Of a stretch of DNA of 57,567 bases, positions 44,636-54,482 are shown piece after piece. Under the pieces are notes generated by a model. That model was not told the DNA's origin. It ran no database searches and was given only the letters and a program-made list of their open reading frames with translations. A program made the translations under genes and the position numbers. Position 1 is the first letter of the stretch; every line of letters starts with the position of its first letter. Source of the stretch: an uncultured bacterium (GTDB lineage: Bacteria > Patescibacteriota > Minisyncoccia > Phycocordibacterales > Zambryskibacteraceae); assembly GCA_963789635.1 (NCBI GenBank), contig CAWBLF010000001.1, positions 1-57,567 of the forward strand. The letters run 5' to 3'.

Positions 44636-45820
44636 CTAAGTTGCATTATGCTCACCCAAGCACATGTTTGCCCTCCACCCAGGGTGTGTATGGTCTCCGC
44701 CGATACGAACGTCGTCCCAAAAATGGACCATATGCGAATCGGGCACTACGATATTTACATACCCGTTACAAAAGTCCGGGGTTTCTTGCCAAGTACCGCC
44801 GGAGCCAAGGTTGGTTGGGCTATAATTAATCAGCGTTCCACAACCCCTGCTCAAGGTGACACTATCCGTAAGAGTGAAGAGCTTGAGTCCAAAAACGGTC
44901 TCCATAGAAGCAAGTGCCACCTCAAAATGCGAGGAATCCAGAGCTGTTGTGACACCGCTCAGGGCTACCGGAACCGGTAAGGTCTTCCAATCACCCACAG
45001 CATAAACGTATGAATCGTCTGGTAACTGGTCACGTCCATAGAATGAAAGATGTGTGTCGTTCGGTATCAACTGATACGCGCTGTCCAGGTGAATGGGAAT
45101 TACCTGACCAGTGTATGTACCTGTCGGGATTGTAACTTCGTTTGGAACGAGAATGGGGTTAAAGTTGGCATCATACGTTTTGGGGACATCCGCTGCGAAC
45201 CACTTGAGGTTCGGATCTCCACGAAGAATAATGGGAACCGTATCCATGATGGCAAACTTGGGGTTTTTAAAATTAGCACTTCCATCGCTACCCACAAGTA
45301 TGGAATCTGTGGCTACCAAAAAGGTGGAATCAACAATCACTGCATATTCATGTTGAAATGTATGTGCTCCACCATCTAGGTCGGCCACCCACACATGAAG
45401 GTTCATTGAGGCCGGCACTACAGTGAAGGTAGTACAAACTTGCGATGACTTAATTCCTGAGGAAGTTGAGATTGCAACCACACACAGTGTGTGAGAACCA
45501 AGCGGAAACAACATTGACAGACTGTCTGTAGTGGCGGAAATCTCTGCGCCATCTGCCGTCCAAGCAAAGCTAAATGTATCACCCCCCCGGTTGGGAGAAC
45601 TTGCCGAAGCGGTGATGGAGACCAAGGCATTTGGATATCCAGTCGCCGTCTGTGACAACGTTGACCCTGAAGTTGGGGCGACGATGCTTGCCGTAACAAC
45701 TTCCAGTGGAGGCGTTTGCTTATTACTTGTGCCAGGCGCAGTAGAACTACTGCAACCGACGATGAGGAGAGTGGCCGCGCACGCGGCCGCAATCGCGCGG
45801 AGCCGAATCATGTACGACAT
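44636..45820 (-). CDS. lipoprotein of unknown function (GC-rich, canonical SD)
   Basis: Lipobox MSYMIRLRAIAAACAATLLIVGC. Upstream aaaggaggaagu-AUG. N-terminal region about 55-60% GC by hand count. Confidence 0.7.
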   Translation of the reverse strand: MSYMIRLRAIAAACAATLLIVGCSSSTAPGTSNKQTPPLEVVTASIVAPTSGSTLSQTATGYPNALVSITASASSPNRGGDTFSFAWTADGAEISATTDSLSMLFPLGSHTLCVVAISTSSGIKSSQVCTTFTVVPASMNLHVWVADLDGGAHTFQHEYAVIVDSTFLVATDSILVGSDGSANFKNPKFAIMDTVPIILRGDPNLKWFAADVPKTYDANFNPILVPNEVTIPTGTYTGQVIPIHLDSAYQLIPNDTHLSFYGRDQLPDDSYVYAVGDWKTLPVPVALSGVTTALDSSHFEVALASMETVFGLKLFTLTDSVTLSRGCGTLINYSPTNLGSGGTWQETPDFCNGYVNIVVPDSHMVHFWDDVRIGGDHTHPGWRANMCLGEHNAT

Positions 45821-46014
45821 ACTTCCTCCTTTTGCTCATTGAGCAGACTAAAGATTCTTAATGAATGATGACAAAGAACTGTTTTTTGTTGAGATTATAC
45901 TTCTCTCTGTCTGTCTTCCACTATACTCCAAACAATAGATTTGTCGACTGTCAAGATTTGGTCTTCAAAAAAGCCGTGTTTGGATTGATAAACATGGCTT
46001 TTTTGAGTTATGAA

Positions 46015-46560
46015 CTATTGACTCTGAATTATATCTATATGAACCGTTGCTCCGCCAGATTCGGCTAATGGGAAAATATTTATACTTATATTCTCATTAC
46101 CTTTGGATGTGTTATAAGACATTTGGTGGGTGTTTTTTGATTGTTCCGAGATTGTGAAGCCGTTTGATTTGAAATACGAACCGTACACTGAATAAATTTG
46201 TTCCATCTTGAGAGCGCTGTTGTAAGTGAGAGAATAGAGAGTCGTTTTGTGTTCAGGATAATATGATTCGTTTTGCGCGGTGATGTTGTTGAGTTCTACC
46301 GGTAGATTTGCCGGGAACCATGACGGAGGATTGGTTTTATCGGAAAGAAGTTGGGCGAGATTGATTTGTGTTATTTGAACATTTTGTGACGAAAAGTTAT
46401 TGGAAGCTGTGGGTTGTCCTGTTTTATTCAGCAACATAAGGAAATAAATGACAACGAACAAAACAACTATCACTAAAAGTAGTTTCGTTCCGGGACTTTT
46501 AAATATCTTTGAGTTTTTTGGCCACTTGCCATCGTCCGACATTATTATATTTGGTTCCAT
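46015..46560 (-). CDS. membrane-anchored hypothetical protein
   Basis: 181-aa ORF with one TM helix (LLLVIVVLFVVIYFLMLL). Confidence 0.55.
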   Translation of the reverse strand: MEPNIIMSDDGKWPKNSKIFKSPGTKLLLVIVVLFVVIYFLMLLNKTGQPTASNNFSSQNVQITQINLAQLLSDKTNPPSWFPANLPVELNNITAQNESYYPEHKTTLYSLTYNSALKMEQIYSVYGSYFKSNGFTISEQSKNTHQMSYNTSKGNENISINIFPLAESGGATVHIDIIQSQ

Positions 46561-46716
46561 AATTTTAATTAGTAGCTAACTTACTTGTATATTATAGCAC
46601 TTTCATGTTTGCAAATATGTCAGTTGTTATCCACAAATCAATCACACCAACTTGGAAGCTCGATTCCAAGTTTAACCAGATTGATTGAATGGAATGACAG
46701 TTCGCTTCGCGCGAAC

Positions 46717-46750
46717 AAAAGAGCCTTCGCATTCCAGCGACGGCTCTTTT
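46717..46750 (-). terminator. hairpin with flanking A/T runs after the DsbA-like gene
   Basis: aaaagagcc / ggctctttt with a 16-nt loop. Confidence 0.5.
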
Positions 46751-46772
46751 TTCTTGCGTTAAACACCTAATA

Positions 46773-47540
46773 TTACTTCGTTGCAAGGGCTTGCTCGATG
46801 GTTTGCCTCAATGTTGCGTAGGAAACCGCCCCTTGTAACGGGAATTTCTGTCCGTTGCTTGCTACTACAATAGTCCAGGGTGTGCCTTGACCACCTGTAT
46901 CAGCCGCGTTTTGTATTTCGTCTGCAATTTTCTGCGCATACCTTTGGCTGACAAGACAAGCGTTAAACTTCGTCACATCAAGTCCCAAATTTTGAGCAAT
47001 AATCGGAAGTTCTGCCGGGTCAAGGCTGTTGTTTGAGTTTGTCAGTTGAAATACTTGGTCAATATATTTCCAAAACACGTCGTTGCCACCGAGCTCATTT
47101 GCGCATTCACTGGCTTCGGCCTCGTTTGGCGCTTTGGAATGCAAAGAAGCTATTGGAAACTGCCTGTAAATCCAAGCGACTTGTCCGCTTGCTCCAAATT
47201 CATTCATAGCTTGGTGTAATGTCGCGTGAAATTGTTTACAAAACGGACATTCAAGGTCTGAGTATTCCACAATCTTAACTGGCGCGTTTGGATTGCCCAA
47301 AATATGATCGGAAGACGATATCGGTGTCATATTATTGAGGGCGTTTTGGTTATTAGCATTATTTTGACCACTCAACATATCGGCAATGAGATTGGTGTGT
47401 GTTGTGACAGCAGACGGTTGTGGAGGCACCTGCGTTGGCGCTATATTTCCCCTACCGGTAAAAACGACAGCCAGAGCGACAAGCAAACCGGCGACAACAA
47501 TAGCACTTGAAATAGAAATCGGTTTTTCTTTGTGTTCCAT
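46773..47540 (-). CDS. DsbA-family thiol:disulfide oxidoreductase (membrane-anchored)
   Basis: Thioredoxin-fold CxxC (DLECPFCKQFH) and an N-terminal TM helix. Confidence 0.8.
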   Translation of the reverse strand: MEHKEKPISISSAIVVAGLLVALAVVFTGRGNIAPTQVPPQPSAVTTHTNLIADMLSGQNNANNQNALNNMTPISSSDHILGNPNAPVKIVEYSDLECPFCKQFHATLHQAMNEFGASGQVAWIYRQFPIASLHSKAPNEAEASECANELGGNDVFWKYIDQVFQLTNSNNSLDPAELPIIAQNLGLDVTKFNACLVSQRYAQKIADEIQNAADTGGQGTPWTIVVASNGQKFPLQGAVSYATLRQTIEQALATK

Positions 47541-47612
47541 TTAACTTTTGATTAAGTCCGCGTAATAAAAGCATTGTAACACAGTGGACGAACATTGTTA
47601 CATTCAAAAAAC

Positions 47613-47641
47613 TTGACAACCTCTACGACTTTGACTATAAT
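47613..47641 (+). promoter_or_regulatory. consensus sigma-70-type promoter
   Basis: TTGACA (47613-47618), 17-nt spacer, TATAAT (47636-47641). Confidence 0.75.
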
Positions 47642-47647
47642 GGGATA

Positions 47648-47900
47648 GTTATGAGTAATGGTTCGCCTTCACGGGCGGGCCATTATTCTTAAGTTTAGAA
47701 AAATAAGGAGCTTGGCGACCATATTTTTGTTAACCCAGCACCAATTTTGCTAAATAGATAATGTGCGCAGTACGTGGCTGAATAAGCCCTCCGATTATGG
47801 GCGAAGTGCTGCGCCATTAGAGGTTTGTGGCTATTCGCCACTCGCGCTTCGCGTGGTATTGTAAATGCAAAATTGGTGCTTGGGTGCTGAATTTTATTAT
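47648..47900 (+). ncRNA. unclassified structured RNA / long 5' leader upstream of nusA
   Basis: 11-bp hairpin 47657-47667/47674-47684. 18-bp closing stem 47733-47750/47867-47885 (one bulge) enclosing about 115 nt with several sub-hairpins. No credible ORF. Confidence 0.5.
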
Positions 47901-47924
47901 TCATTAATATTCATAAAAATTCGT

Positions 47925-49157
47925 ATGTTTGATTTAAAAGTTATAAATTCCGTTCTTGAACAACTCGAACAAGAACGTGGAATACCGAAAGAAAAAATTA
48001 TAGAAGCCATTGAGATGGCTCTGGCTACCGCGTATAAAAAAGAATACGGCAAACGTGGCCAGATTGTCCGTGCCAAATTTGACCTAAATACAGGCAAAAC
48101 CGAATTTTACCAGGTAAAAATCGTCGTTGACGACAGCCGAGTCATCATTACCGATGATGATGAGGCATTCGAACGTGTCGAGGGAGATGAGCGAATTTTC
48201 TACAATCCGGAACATCACATCCTTATTGATGACGCCCGTAAAATGAAACGTGACGTCGCTCTTGATGAAGAAATTTCTTTCCCTCTGGAAAGCAAAGGTG
48301 ACTTCGGACGCATCGCCTCTCAAACGGCAAAACAAGTCATTATGCAAAAAATTCGTGAAGCGGAAAAGACCAGTGTAATGGGCGAATACGGTTCTCGCGA
48401 AGGAGAGATAGTCACCGGCACGGTGCAGAGGATAGAACGTGGAAATATTTTTATTGATATGCACAGAGCACCTGGCATCTTGCCATATGAAGAACAAATT
48501 CCAGGTGAACATTTTGCTCAAGGCGAAAGAGTGCGCGCCTACTTGTACAGAGTGGAGGAAACTCCTCGCGGAATCTTTTTGCGACTTTCGCGTTCTCACC
48601 CAAAATTTCTGGAAAAATTGTTCGCCCAAGAGGCTCCTGAGGTGGCAAACGGCCTGGTAGAAATCAAAGCTATCGCTCGTGAAGCCGGTTACCGTTCAAA
48701 AGTGGCGGCGTTCTCAAAAGACGAGCATGTTGATCCGGTGGGATCTATGGTCGGCCAACGTGGCGTGCGAGTTTCTACCATTACCAGTGAACTTGGTGGT
48801 GAAAAAATAGATATCATCGAATGGTCTCCCGATCCGAAGAAATTTATTGAAGACGCCCTATCCCCTGCCAAAATTCTTTCAGTTATTACAAACGACGAAA
48901 TGCACGAGGCTAGAGTGGAGGTTTCTGAAGACCAGCAATCGTTAGCTATCGGCCGTGGAGGACAAAATGTCCGCCTAGCCGCCAAACTGACCGGGTGGAA
49001 AATTGATATTCAATCGGTCAAAGGCGAAAACTTGGCCGAAGCCAGTCCCGATGAGACTCCGTCTTCACCGGAAACGAAAATCCGTACCGAAAACGACAAC
49101 GAAGCCCAAACAGCGGACATTTCTGACGCTATTCCTTCCACTGAAAACACCGGTTAA
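47925..49157 (+). CDS. nusA: transcription termination/antitermination factor NusA
   Basis: N-terminal domain, S1 and two KH domains (GTVQRIERGNIFIDM, DPVGSMVGQRGVRV, AIGRGGQNVRLAAKLTGWKIDI). Start at ATG 47925. Confidence 0.9.
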   Translation: MFDLKVINSVLEQLEQERGIPKEKIIEAIEMALATAYKKEYGKRGQIVRAKFDLNTGKTEFYQVKIVVDDSRVIITDDDEAFERVEGDERIFYNPEHHILIDDARKMKRDVALDEEISFPLESKGDFGRIASQTAKQVIMQKIREAEKTSVMGEYGSREGEIVTGTVQRIERGNIFIDMHRAPGILPYEEQIPGEHFAQGERVRAYLYRVEETPRGIFLRLSRSHPKFLEKLFAQEAPEVANGLVEIKAIAREAGYRSKVAAFSKDEHVDPVGSMVGQRGVRVSTITSELGGEKIDIIEWSPDPKKFIEDALSPAKILSVITNDEMHEARVEVSEDQQSLAIGRGGQNVRLAAKLTGWKIDIQSVKGENLAEASPDETPSSPETKIRTENDNEAQTADISDAIPSTENTG

Positions 49158-49252
49158 ACCCAATATTTTTGAATCAAAAAAGTTTTCCCTGTATTTTGTG
49201 TTATTGATTTAAACAGCGTAAAATAGAGAATTATCGGTATCATCTCTAAACT

Positions 49253-49456
49253 ATGGAGCCAAACAACTTGAACAAACCAGCGCAAGATCCGTTTGCCACA
49301 GCGACCCCAAACGAAGACAAATCTGTGGGACCGACCATAGGCGTCATACTTATTGTGTTGGTCATAGTCCTCGGCGGATTATATTTTTGGGGACAAAGAA
49401 TAAGTCATCAACAGCAAACACAAAACTCTCAAACTGCCAGTACGACCGGATACTAA
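49253..49456 (+). CDS. small single-TM protein (67 aa)
   Basis: MEPNNLNKPAQ..., TM helix GPTIGVILIVLVIVLGGLYFWG, Gln-rich tail. Confidence 0.45.
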   Translation: MEPNNLNKPAQDPFATATPNEDKSVGPTIGVILIVLVIVLGGLYFWGQRISHQQQTQNSQTASTTGY

Positions 49457-49628
49457 TCTTTGAACAAAGGTCCAGCTCGTTCTTTATCATTTCTCTAGCA
49501 AAAAGTGGTGATTGATTGCTTTTTTCTCTTCCCTTATATAAATTAAAAAACCCTTACGACAGATTTGTCCAAAATGAATTTCATTTAGAATTACCAAATA
49601 TTTTATAAAATTAAAATTTCGTACCGAG

Positions 49629-50687
49629 ATGAAAAAACACACAATTACAAAAGTAGAAAAACTCCCAGAATCATTGGTACAAATCACCGGCTCCATAGAC
49701 AATGAGTTTGTGCAAGAGCATCGTGCACACGCCATAAAGAGATTCCAGGAGAACACCGAAATGCCCGGGTTTAGAAAGGGCAAAGTACCCGAAGCAATCA
49801 TAGTCGAACGCATGGGTGAAATGACCGTTCTCGGTGACGCCGCCGAAGAAGCTCTCAATGAAGAATACCCAAAAATTATTGAGGGAGAAAAACTTTTTGT
49901 CCTTGGCAAACCGGAAATCAAAATCACCAAACTCGCTCCGGGTAACCCTCTTGAATTTACCATCACCGTCGCAGTGCTACCCGAATTCAAACTCACGGAT
50001 TACGAATCCATTGCCAAAAAAGAAATGGCTGTGGAAGATGATGACTCTATTACCAATAAAGAGATAGACGATGTGGTGGAAGAAATCCGTAAAAATTTCG
50101 CTCACGCCGAATTTCATAAAAAGGGTTTGACTCACGACCATGCGACGCCCGAGTTCAAACCGGAAGATTTGCCGGAAGTGACAGATGAGTTTGTCAAAAC
50201 CATTGGCGACTTCAAAGACATTGCCGATTTCAAATCAAAAATCAAAGAAAATCTGAAAAATGAAAAACAGATTCGCAACCGCGACAAAAAACGAATGGCT
50301 GTGCTGGAAAAAATAATGGACAAGACAGAGATTGTTGTCCCAAAAGTTCTTCTGGAAAATGAGTTGGAAAAAATGTTGGCACAGTTTAAAGACGATCTGG
50401 CCCGCGCCGGAGCAATATATGAGGATTACTTGAAATACATCAAAAAGACGGAAGAAGATATCAAAGCTGAGTGGAAAGAAACCGCCCTCAAAAAAGCCAA
50501 AGCCCAGTTGATAATCAACAAAATATCGGAGGACAAAAAAATCTCACCCGATGCCGAAAAAGTACGGACCGAAACAGAGAAAATAATGATTCTTCATCCT
50601 GAAGCCGATCCCGTTCGCGCTCGTATGTATGTCGCTCAAATGCTACTCAATGAGGAGGTGATGCAATTTTTGGATGAGCAAAAATAA
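49629..50687 (+). CDS. tig: trigger factor lacking the PPIase domain
   Basis: N-terminal ribosome-binding signature GFRKGKVP and a C-terminal arm domain. 352 aa against about 430 typical, with no FKBP-like block. Confidence 0.8.
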   Translation: MKKHTITKVEKLPESLVQITGSIDNEFVQEHRAHAIKRFQENTEMPGFRKGKVPEAIIVERMGEMTVLGDAAEEALNEEYPKIIEGEKLFVLGKPEIKITKLAPGNPLEFTITVAVLPEFKLTDYESIAKKEMAVEDDDSITNKEIDDVVEEIRKNFAHAEFHKKGLTHDHATPEFKPEDLPEVTDEFVKTIGDFKDIADFKSKIKENLKNEKQIRNRDKKRMAVLEKIMDKTEIVVPKVLLENELEKMLAQFKDDLARAGAIYEDYLKYIKKTEEDIKAEWKETALKKAKAQLIINKISEDKKISPDAEKVRTETEKIMILHPEADPVRARMYVAQMLLNEEVMQFLDEQK

Positions 50688-50688
50688 T

Positions 50689-51384
50689 TTACTGAAGTAA
50701 AATCAGACTTGAGATGGCTACCGCGGCGGTCTCGGCGCGCAACACTTGAGCGCCAAGCGAGTAGATCTTTATGTTGTGTTTCTTAAAAAGAAAAATCTCC
50801 CTTTCGGTCCAACCACCTTCGGGCCCGATGAAAATACCGAGTGGCGATATTTTCCCTGCGTGTTCGACGGTAAACGTATCACCCTTAGGATGAAATGCGA
50901 AACAGGGAAAATCCGTGGCCAGAGCGTCTTCAAAATTCATAATCGGGGCTATCATTGGCACCATCGTTCTACCCGATTGTTCGGCCGCTTCAACCAAAAT
51001 TTTTTGTGCGCGCTCTATGTTTAAATCCTTTTTTTCACTGCGATCAGAAAGTAGTGGAACAAACCGTGAAACACCAAGCTCTGTTCCCTTCTCCAAAATC
51101 CATTCAAATTTATCTTTCTTAATAAGTGAACAGAACAAATGCAATTCGCGCGAAGGTTCGCCTTTCGATGTCTTCTTTGAAACAATTGAGCAGACCACGT
51201 CTCCCTTTTCCATCGAAGCAATCAACGCGTGGTATTCATATCCAGAATTATCAAAAATAATTATCTGCCCGCCGGTTGTGAAACGGAATACATTTTTTAT
51301 TTGATGAAAAAAGTCCGGGTCGTGTATAACGACCGTGTCTTTGTCGCCTATTTCTTGATCCACAAAAAAACGGTGAAATCTCAT
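50689..51384 (-). CDS. rsmE: 16S rRNA (uracil1498-N3)-methyltransferase RsmE
   Basis: MRFHRFFV N-terminus and the GPEGGWTEREI C-terminal motif. Start at ATG 51384. Confidence 0.85.
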   Translation of the reverse strand: MRFHRFFVDQEIGDKDTVVIHDPDFFHQIKNVFRFTTGGQIIIFDNSGYEYHALIASMEKGDVVCSIVSKKTSKGEPSRELHLFCSLIKKDKFEWILEKGTELGVSRFVPLLSDRSEKKDLNIERAQKILVEAAEQSGRTMVPMIAPIMNFEDALATDFPCFAFHPKGDTFTVEHAGKISPLGIFIGPEGGWTEREIFLFKKHNIKIYSLGAQVLRAETAAVAISSLILLQ

Positions 51385-51494
51385 GATTAGATACTGATGG
51401 GCAGAAGTAAAACGTTGGTAAATCCCATTCACAATAGTATAGAGCAGATAATTTTACAATTTTCTAATTTTCAGGTAGTATGCCCGTGTGCTCG

Positions 51495-51542
51495 TTACTC
51501 ATCCACTAACTTCTAAAATCTAACAACTAACCACTATTTCCA
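51495..51542 (+). promoter_or_regulatory. 48-nt G-free, heptad-periodic 5' leader of clpP
   Basis: ttactcatccactaacttctaaaatctaacaactaaccactatttcca contains no G and has a CTAAC-type word every 7 nt. Homologous to the adk leader. Confidence 0.6.
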
Positions 51543-52124
51543 ATGTTAATTCCTACCGTTATAGAAAAATCCCAGTTTGGTGAACGCGCGTATGATATTT
51601 ACTCGCGTCTTTTGCGTGAGCGCATTGTTTTTCTGGCTGGGCCGATCGACGACGACACCGCCAGCATAGTCATTGCTCAACTTTTGTTTCTTGAATCAGA
51701 AGATTCAAAAAAAGATATTCATTTGTATATAAATTCTCCCGGAGGATCGGTAACAGCCGGACTGGCGATTATTGATGCCATGAACCACATCAAACCGCCA
51801 GTCTCCACAATCTGCGTGGGCATGGCCGCCTCTATGGCCGCCACTATTCTTTCGGCGGGAGAAAAGGGCAAGCGTTTTGCATTGCCCAACGCCGAGGTAA
51901 TGATTCATCAACCTCACGGTGGTGTGGAAGGTCAGGCATCCGACATTGAAATCACGGCAAAAAGAATCATTAAAAACAGAGAAAATTTGAGTAAAATGCT
52001 TGCCAAAAATACCGGCAAATCACTGGCTCAAATAGAAAAAGACGTGGACAGAGACTTCTTTATGGACGCGGAAGAGTCCGTAAAGTACGGCATAGTCGAT
52101 AAGGTACTAAGATCCAAAATTTAA
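51543..52124 (+). CDS. clpP: ATP-dependent Clp protease proteolytic subunit
   Basis: Ser-His-Asp catalytic context ([12 protein letters not shown]). 193 aa. Confidence 0.95.
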   Translation: MLIPTVIEKSQFGERAYDIYSRLLRERIVFLAGPIDDDTASIVIAQLLFLESEDSKKDIHLYINSPGGSVTAGLAIIDAMNHIKPPVSTICVGMAASMAATILSAGEKGKRFALPNAEVMIHQPHGGVEGQASDIEITAKRIIKNRENLSKMLAKNTGKSLAQIEKDVDRDFFMDAEESVKYGIVDKVLRSKI

Positions 52125-52148
52125 AAAACAGCCCTCGGTCTGTTTTTT
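52123..52148 (+). terminator. intrinsic terminator after clpP
   Basis: aaaaaacag-ccctcggt-ctgtttttt. Confidence 0.75.
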
Positions 52149-52356
52149 AAACTATCTAAAACTAGACAAAAATTGATATTTCTTATAGAGTGTGGATGTT
52201 ATTCCTTTAATTTTGATAGCTTTCCAATTTGTTTCTTTTGATTTCCCTACCGACACGTCCGGACAACATCGCATCGTGTTTCAATAGATATACTATGCAG
52301 TACATACCAACAATAAAAGGATTCTGAAGAAACTTTAGGCGGGCTATTCCCGCACC

Positions 52357-53886
52357 ATGTCATTAAAAATAGTATTTTTGCTCCTGGCGCTCGCGGCGTC
52401 AGCAGGCATCGCATTCGGATATTTTCTGCGATGGATTATCACGCTAGGTCAAAAGGGTTCCATGGAATTGGATATCAAGCAGACTATGCTTGAAGCCAAA
52501 GAACAGGCGACAAAAATTACCACCGAAGCTGAAGCCAAAGCCGAAGAAGTCCTTCGTGAAGCCCGTTTAGAAAGCAAAGAAAAAGAAGAAAAAAATAAAA
52601 AAACAGAAGAACGTCTTATAAAAAAAGAGGATTTTCTTGATAAACGTCAAACCGATATAGACAAAGAAGTGGAAGACCTCAAAGTTCGTGTGGCCGAAAT
52701 CCGCACTATCAAAGAACGCGCCGACGCTATGGCTATCGAACGCGAACAATCTCTGCAAAAGGTTGCTCAGATGAACAAAGAAGAGGCACACAAGGAACTT
52801 ATTTCCATTGTAGAAAAGGAGTCCGCAGAAGACCTCCTGATTAGGATTCAAAAAATGGAGCGAACAGGTCAAGAACAAATGGAAGACAAGGCTCGAGATA
52901 TTTTGGCCACCACAATCCAGCGCCTTGCCACGGCGGTGCCTTCCGAAATTATGACAACTACCGTTACTATTCCTTCAGACGAAGTCAAAGGGAAAATCAT
53001 CGGCAAGGAAGGCCGTAATATCAAGGCCTTTGAGCGGGCGACTGGTGTTGAAGTCATCGTAGACGATACTCCGGGGGCCATTACCCTTTCATCTTTCGAC
53101 CCAGTCAGAAGACAAGTTGCCAGAGTGGCTCTGGAGAATCTTGTTGCCGATGGACGTATCCAACCGGCGAAGATTGAGGAAGCCGTTGAAAAGGCCAAAC
53201 AGGAAATCAGTAAAATAATCAAAGAGAAGGGCGAAGCCGCCGCATACGAATGCGGAGTCTACAACCTTGATCCCCGCATTATCGCTATTCTGGGACGACT
53301 ACACTTCCGCACAAGTTATGGACAGAATGTTCTTCAACATTCGGTTGAGATGACTCACATTGCCCGAATGCTCGCCGAAGAACTTGGCGCTGATGTCGCC
53401 GTAGCCAAAGCTGGGGCACTTCTCCACGACATAGGCAAAGCGATGGATCACGAAGTTGTCGGCACTCACGTGGAAATCGGCAGAAGGATATTGCAAAAAT
53501 TTGGCGCCAGTGAGGAAATCATCAAAGCGATGCAGGCTCATCACGGAGAATATCCTTATGAAACTATCGAATCCGTAATTGTGCAAACAGCCGATGCGAT
53601 TTCTGGCGGCCGCCCTGGCGCCCGTCGTGATACGGTGGAGAATTATCTCAAGCGTCTCAAAGAGCTTGAAGCGATTGCCTCGGGTTTTCCTGGTGTCGAA
53701 AAATCTTTTGCTCTGCAAGCCGGACGAGAGATACGCGTATTTGTCACTCCGACAGAAGTATCCGATCTGGAAGCACGAACGATGGCCAGAGATATTGCCA
53801 ATCGTATTGAGAATGAGCTCAAATACCCCGGGGAAATCAAAGTTAATGTCATTCGTGAATCTAGGGTGATTGAGTTTGCAAGATAA
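52357..53886 (+). CDS. rny: ribonuclease Y
   Basis: N-terminal TM helix, coiled coil, KH domain (GKIIGKEGRNIK) and HD domain (LLHDIGKA). Confidence 0.95.
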   Translation: MSLKIVFLLLALAASAGIAFGYFLRWIITLGQKGSMELDIKQTMLEAKEQATKITTEAEAKAEEVLREARLESKEKEEKNKKTEERLIKKEDFLDKRQTDIDKEVEDLKVRVAEIRTIKERADAMAIEREQSLQKVAQMNKEEAHKELISIVEKESAEDLLIRIQKMERTGQEQMEDKARDILATTIQRLATAVPSEIMTTTVTIPSDEVKGKIIGKEGRNIKAFERATGVEVIVDDTPGAITLSSFDPVRRQVARVALENLVADGRIQPAKIEEAVEKAKQEISKIIKEKGEAAAYECGVYNLDPRIIAILGRLHFRTSYGQNVLQHSVEMTHIARMLAEELGADVAVAKAGALLHDIGKAMDHEVVGTHVEIGRRILQKFGASEEIIKAMQAHHGEYPYETIESVIVQTADAISGGRPGARRDTVENYLKRLKELEAIASGFPGVEKSFALQAGREIRVFVTPTEVSDLEARTMARDIANRIENELKYPGEIKVNVIRESRVIEFAR

Positions 53887-54185
53887 AATCGCAATACGTG
53901 GAGTGTAAAACGTAAAGCGTTAAAATAACCATATTTCTAGGTCTATTTTTGCCTCATTCCCACGCCACACATTCTTGCTTTACGCTCTGCGTTCAACTCC
54001 TTGCACAGAATATGGCCTACTATATAATGTTCTCATACCTTATGAGTCAATGAATGAAGCCTGCCGACCCCGGCCAAACGATCATTTCGTTCTAGCGCCG
54101 AGAAGAAATTGTCGCTCCAGGCGGGGTTTGCTCATTGAGGGCACAAAGCGTCGACATTATCATTATCAATTTTGCAAATCATATT

Positions 54186-54458
54186 ATGAATAAACTAGCA
54201 ATTGTAGAGGCAGTTCACGAGAAAATCGGCGGAACCAAAGTTCAAGCTGAACTCGCAGTAGAAACCATGATTGAAAGCATTGTTTCTACACTCAAAAAAG
54301 GAGGTGAAATGTCTATCGCTGGCCTTGGAATATTTTCCACCAAGAATCGCGCTGCTAGACAGGCACGCAATCCTCGCACTGGCGAAACTATCCAGGTAGC
54401 CGCTATGCGGGTACCGAAGTTTCGTGCAGCAAAGGCTCTCAAAGACGCGGTTAAATAA
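54186..54458 (+). CDS. hup: HU family DNA-binding protein
   Basis: MNKLAIVEAV... and RNPRTGETIQVAAMRVPKFRAAKALKDAV match HU. Confidence 0.9.
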   Translation: MNKLAIVEAVHEKIGGTKVQAELAVETMIESIVSTLKKGGEMSIAGLGIFSTKNRAARQARNPRTGETIQVAAMRVPKFRAAKALKDAVK

Positions 54459-54482
54459 TTTTTCTTTACGGCTCTCATCAAA

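Noticed and set aside
44431-44655. 74-aa ORF (GTG start) downstream of, and overlapping, the lipoprotein gene.
   Set aside because: It has a non-ATG start, overlaps the lipoprotein 3' end, and has no recognisable motif or SD even though the neighbouring foreign gene has a strong SD. It is kept only as a note in the lipoprotein finding.
46561-46772. Possible oriC or small RNA in the gap carrying a perfect DnaA box (46627-46635) and several hairpins.
   Set aside because: There is only a single box. The hairpins are adequately explained as the terminator of the DsbA-like gene (46717-46750) and minor stems, and no AT-rich unwinding repeats or dnaA/dnaN are present.
47648-47900. Classifying the nusA-upstream RNA as a T-box, rimP leader or known riboswitch.
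   Set aside because: I found no T-box sequence (GGUGGUACCGCG-like), specifier-loop context or recognisable ligand-class core motifs, and no rimP gene is present. It is left unclassified rather than named.
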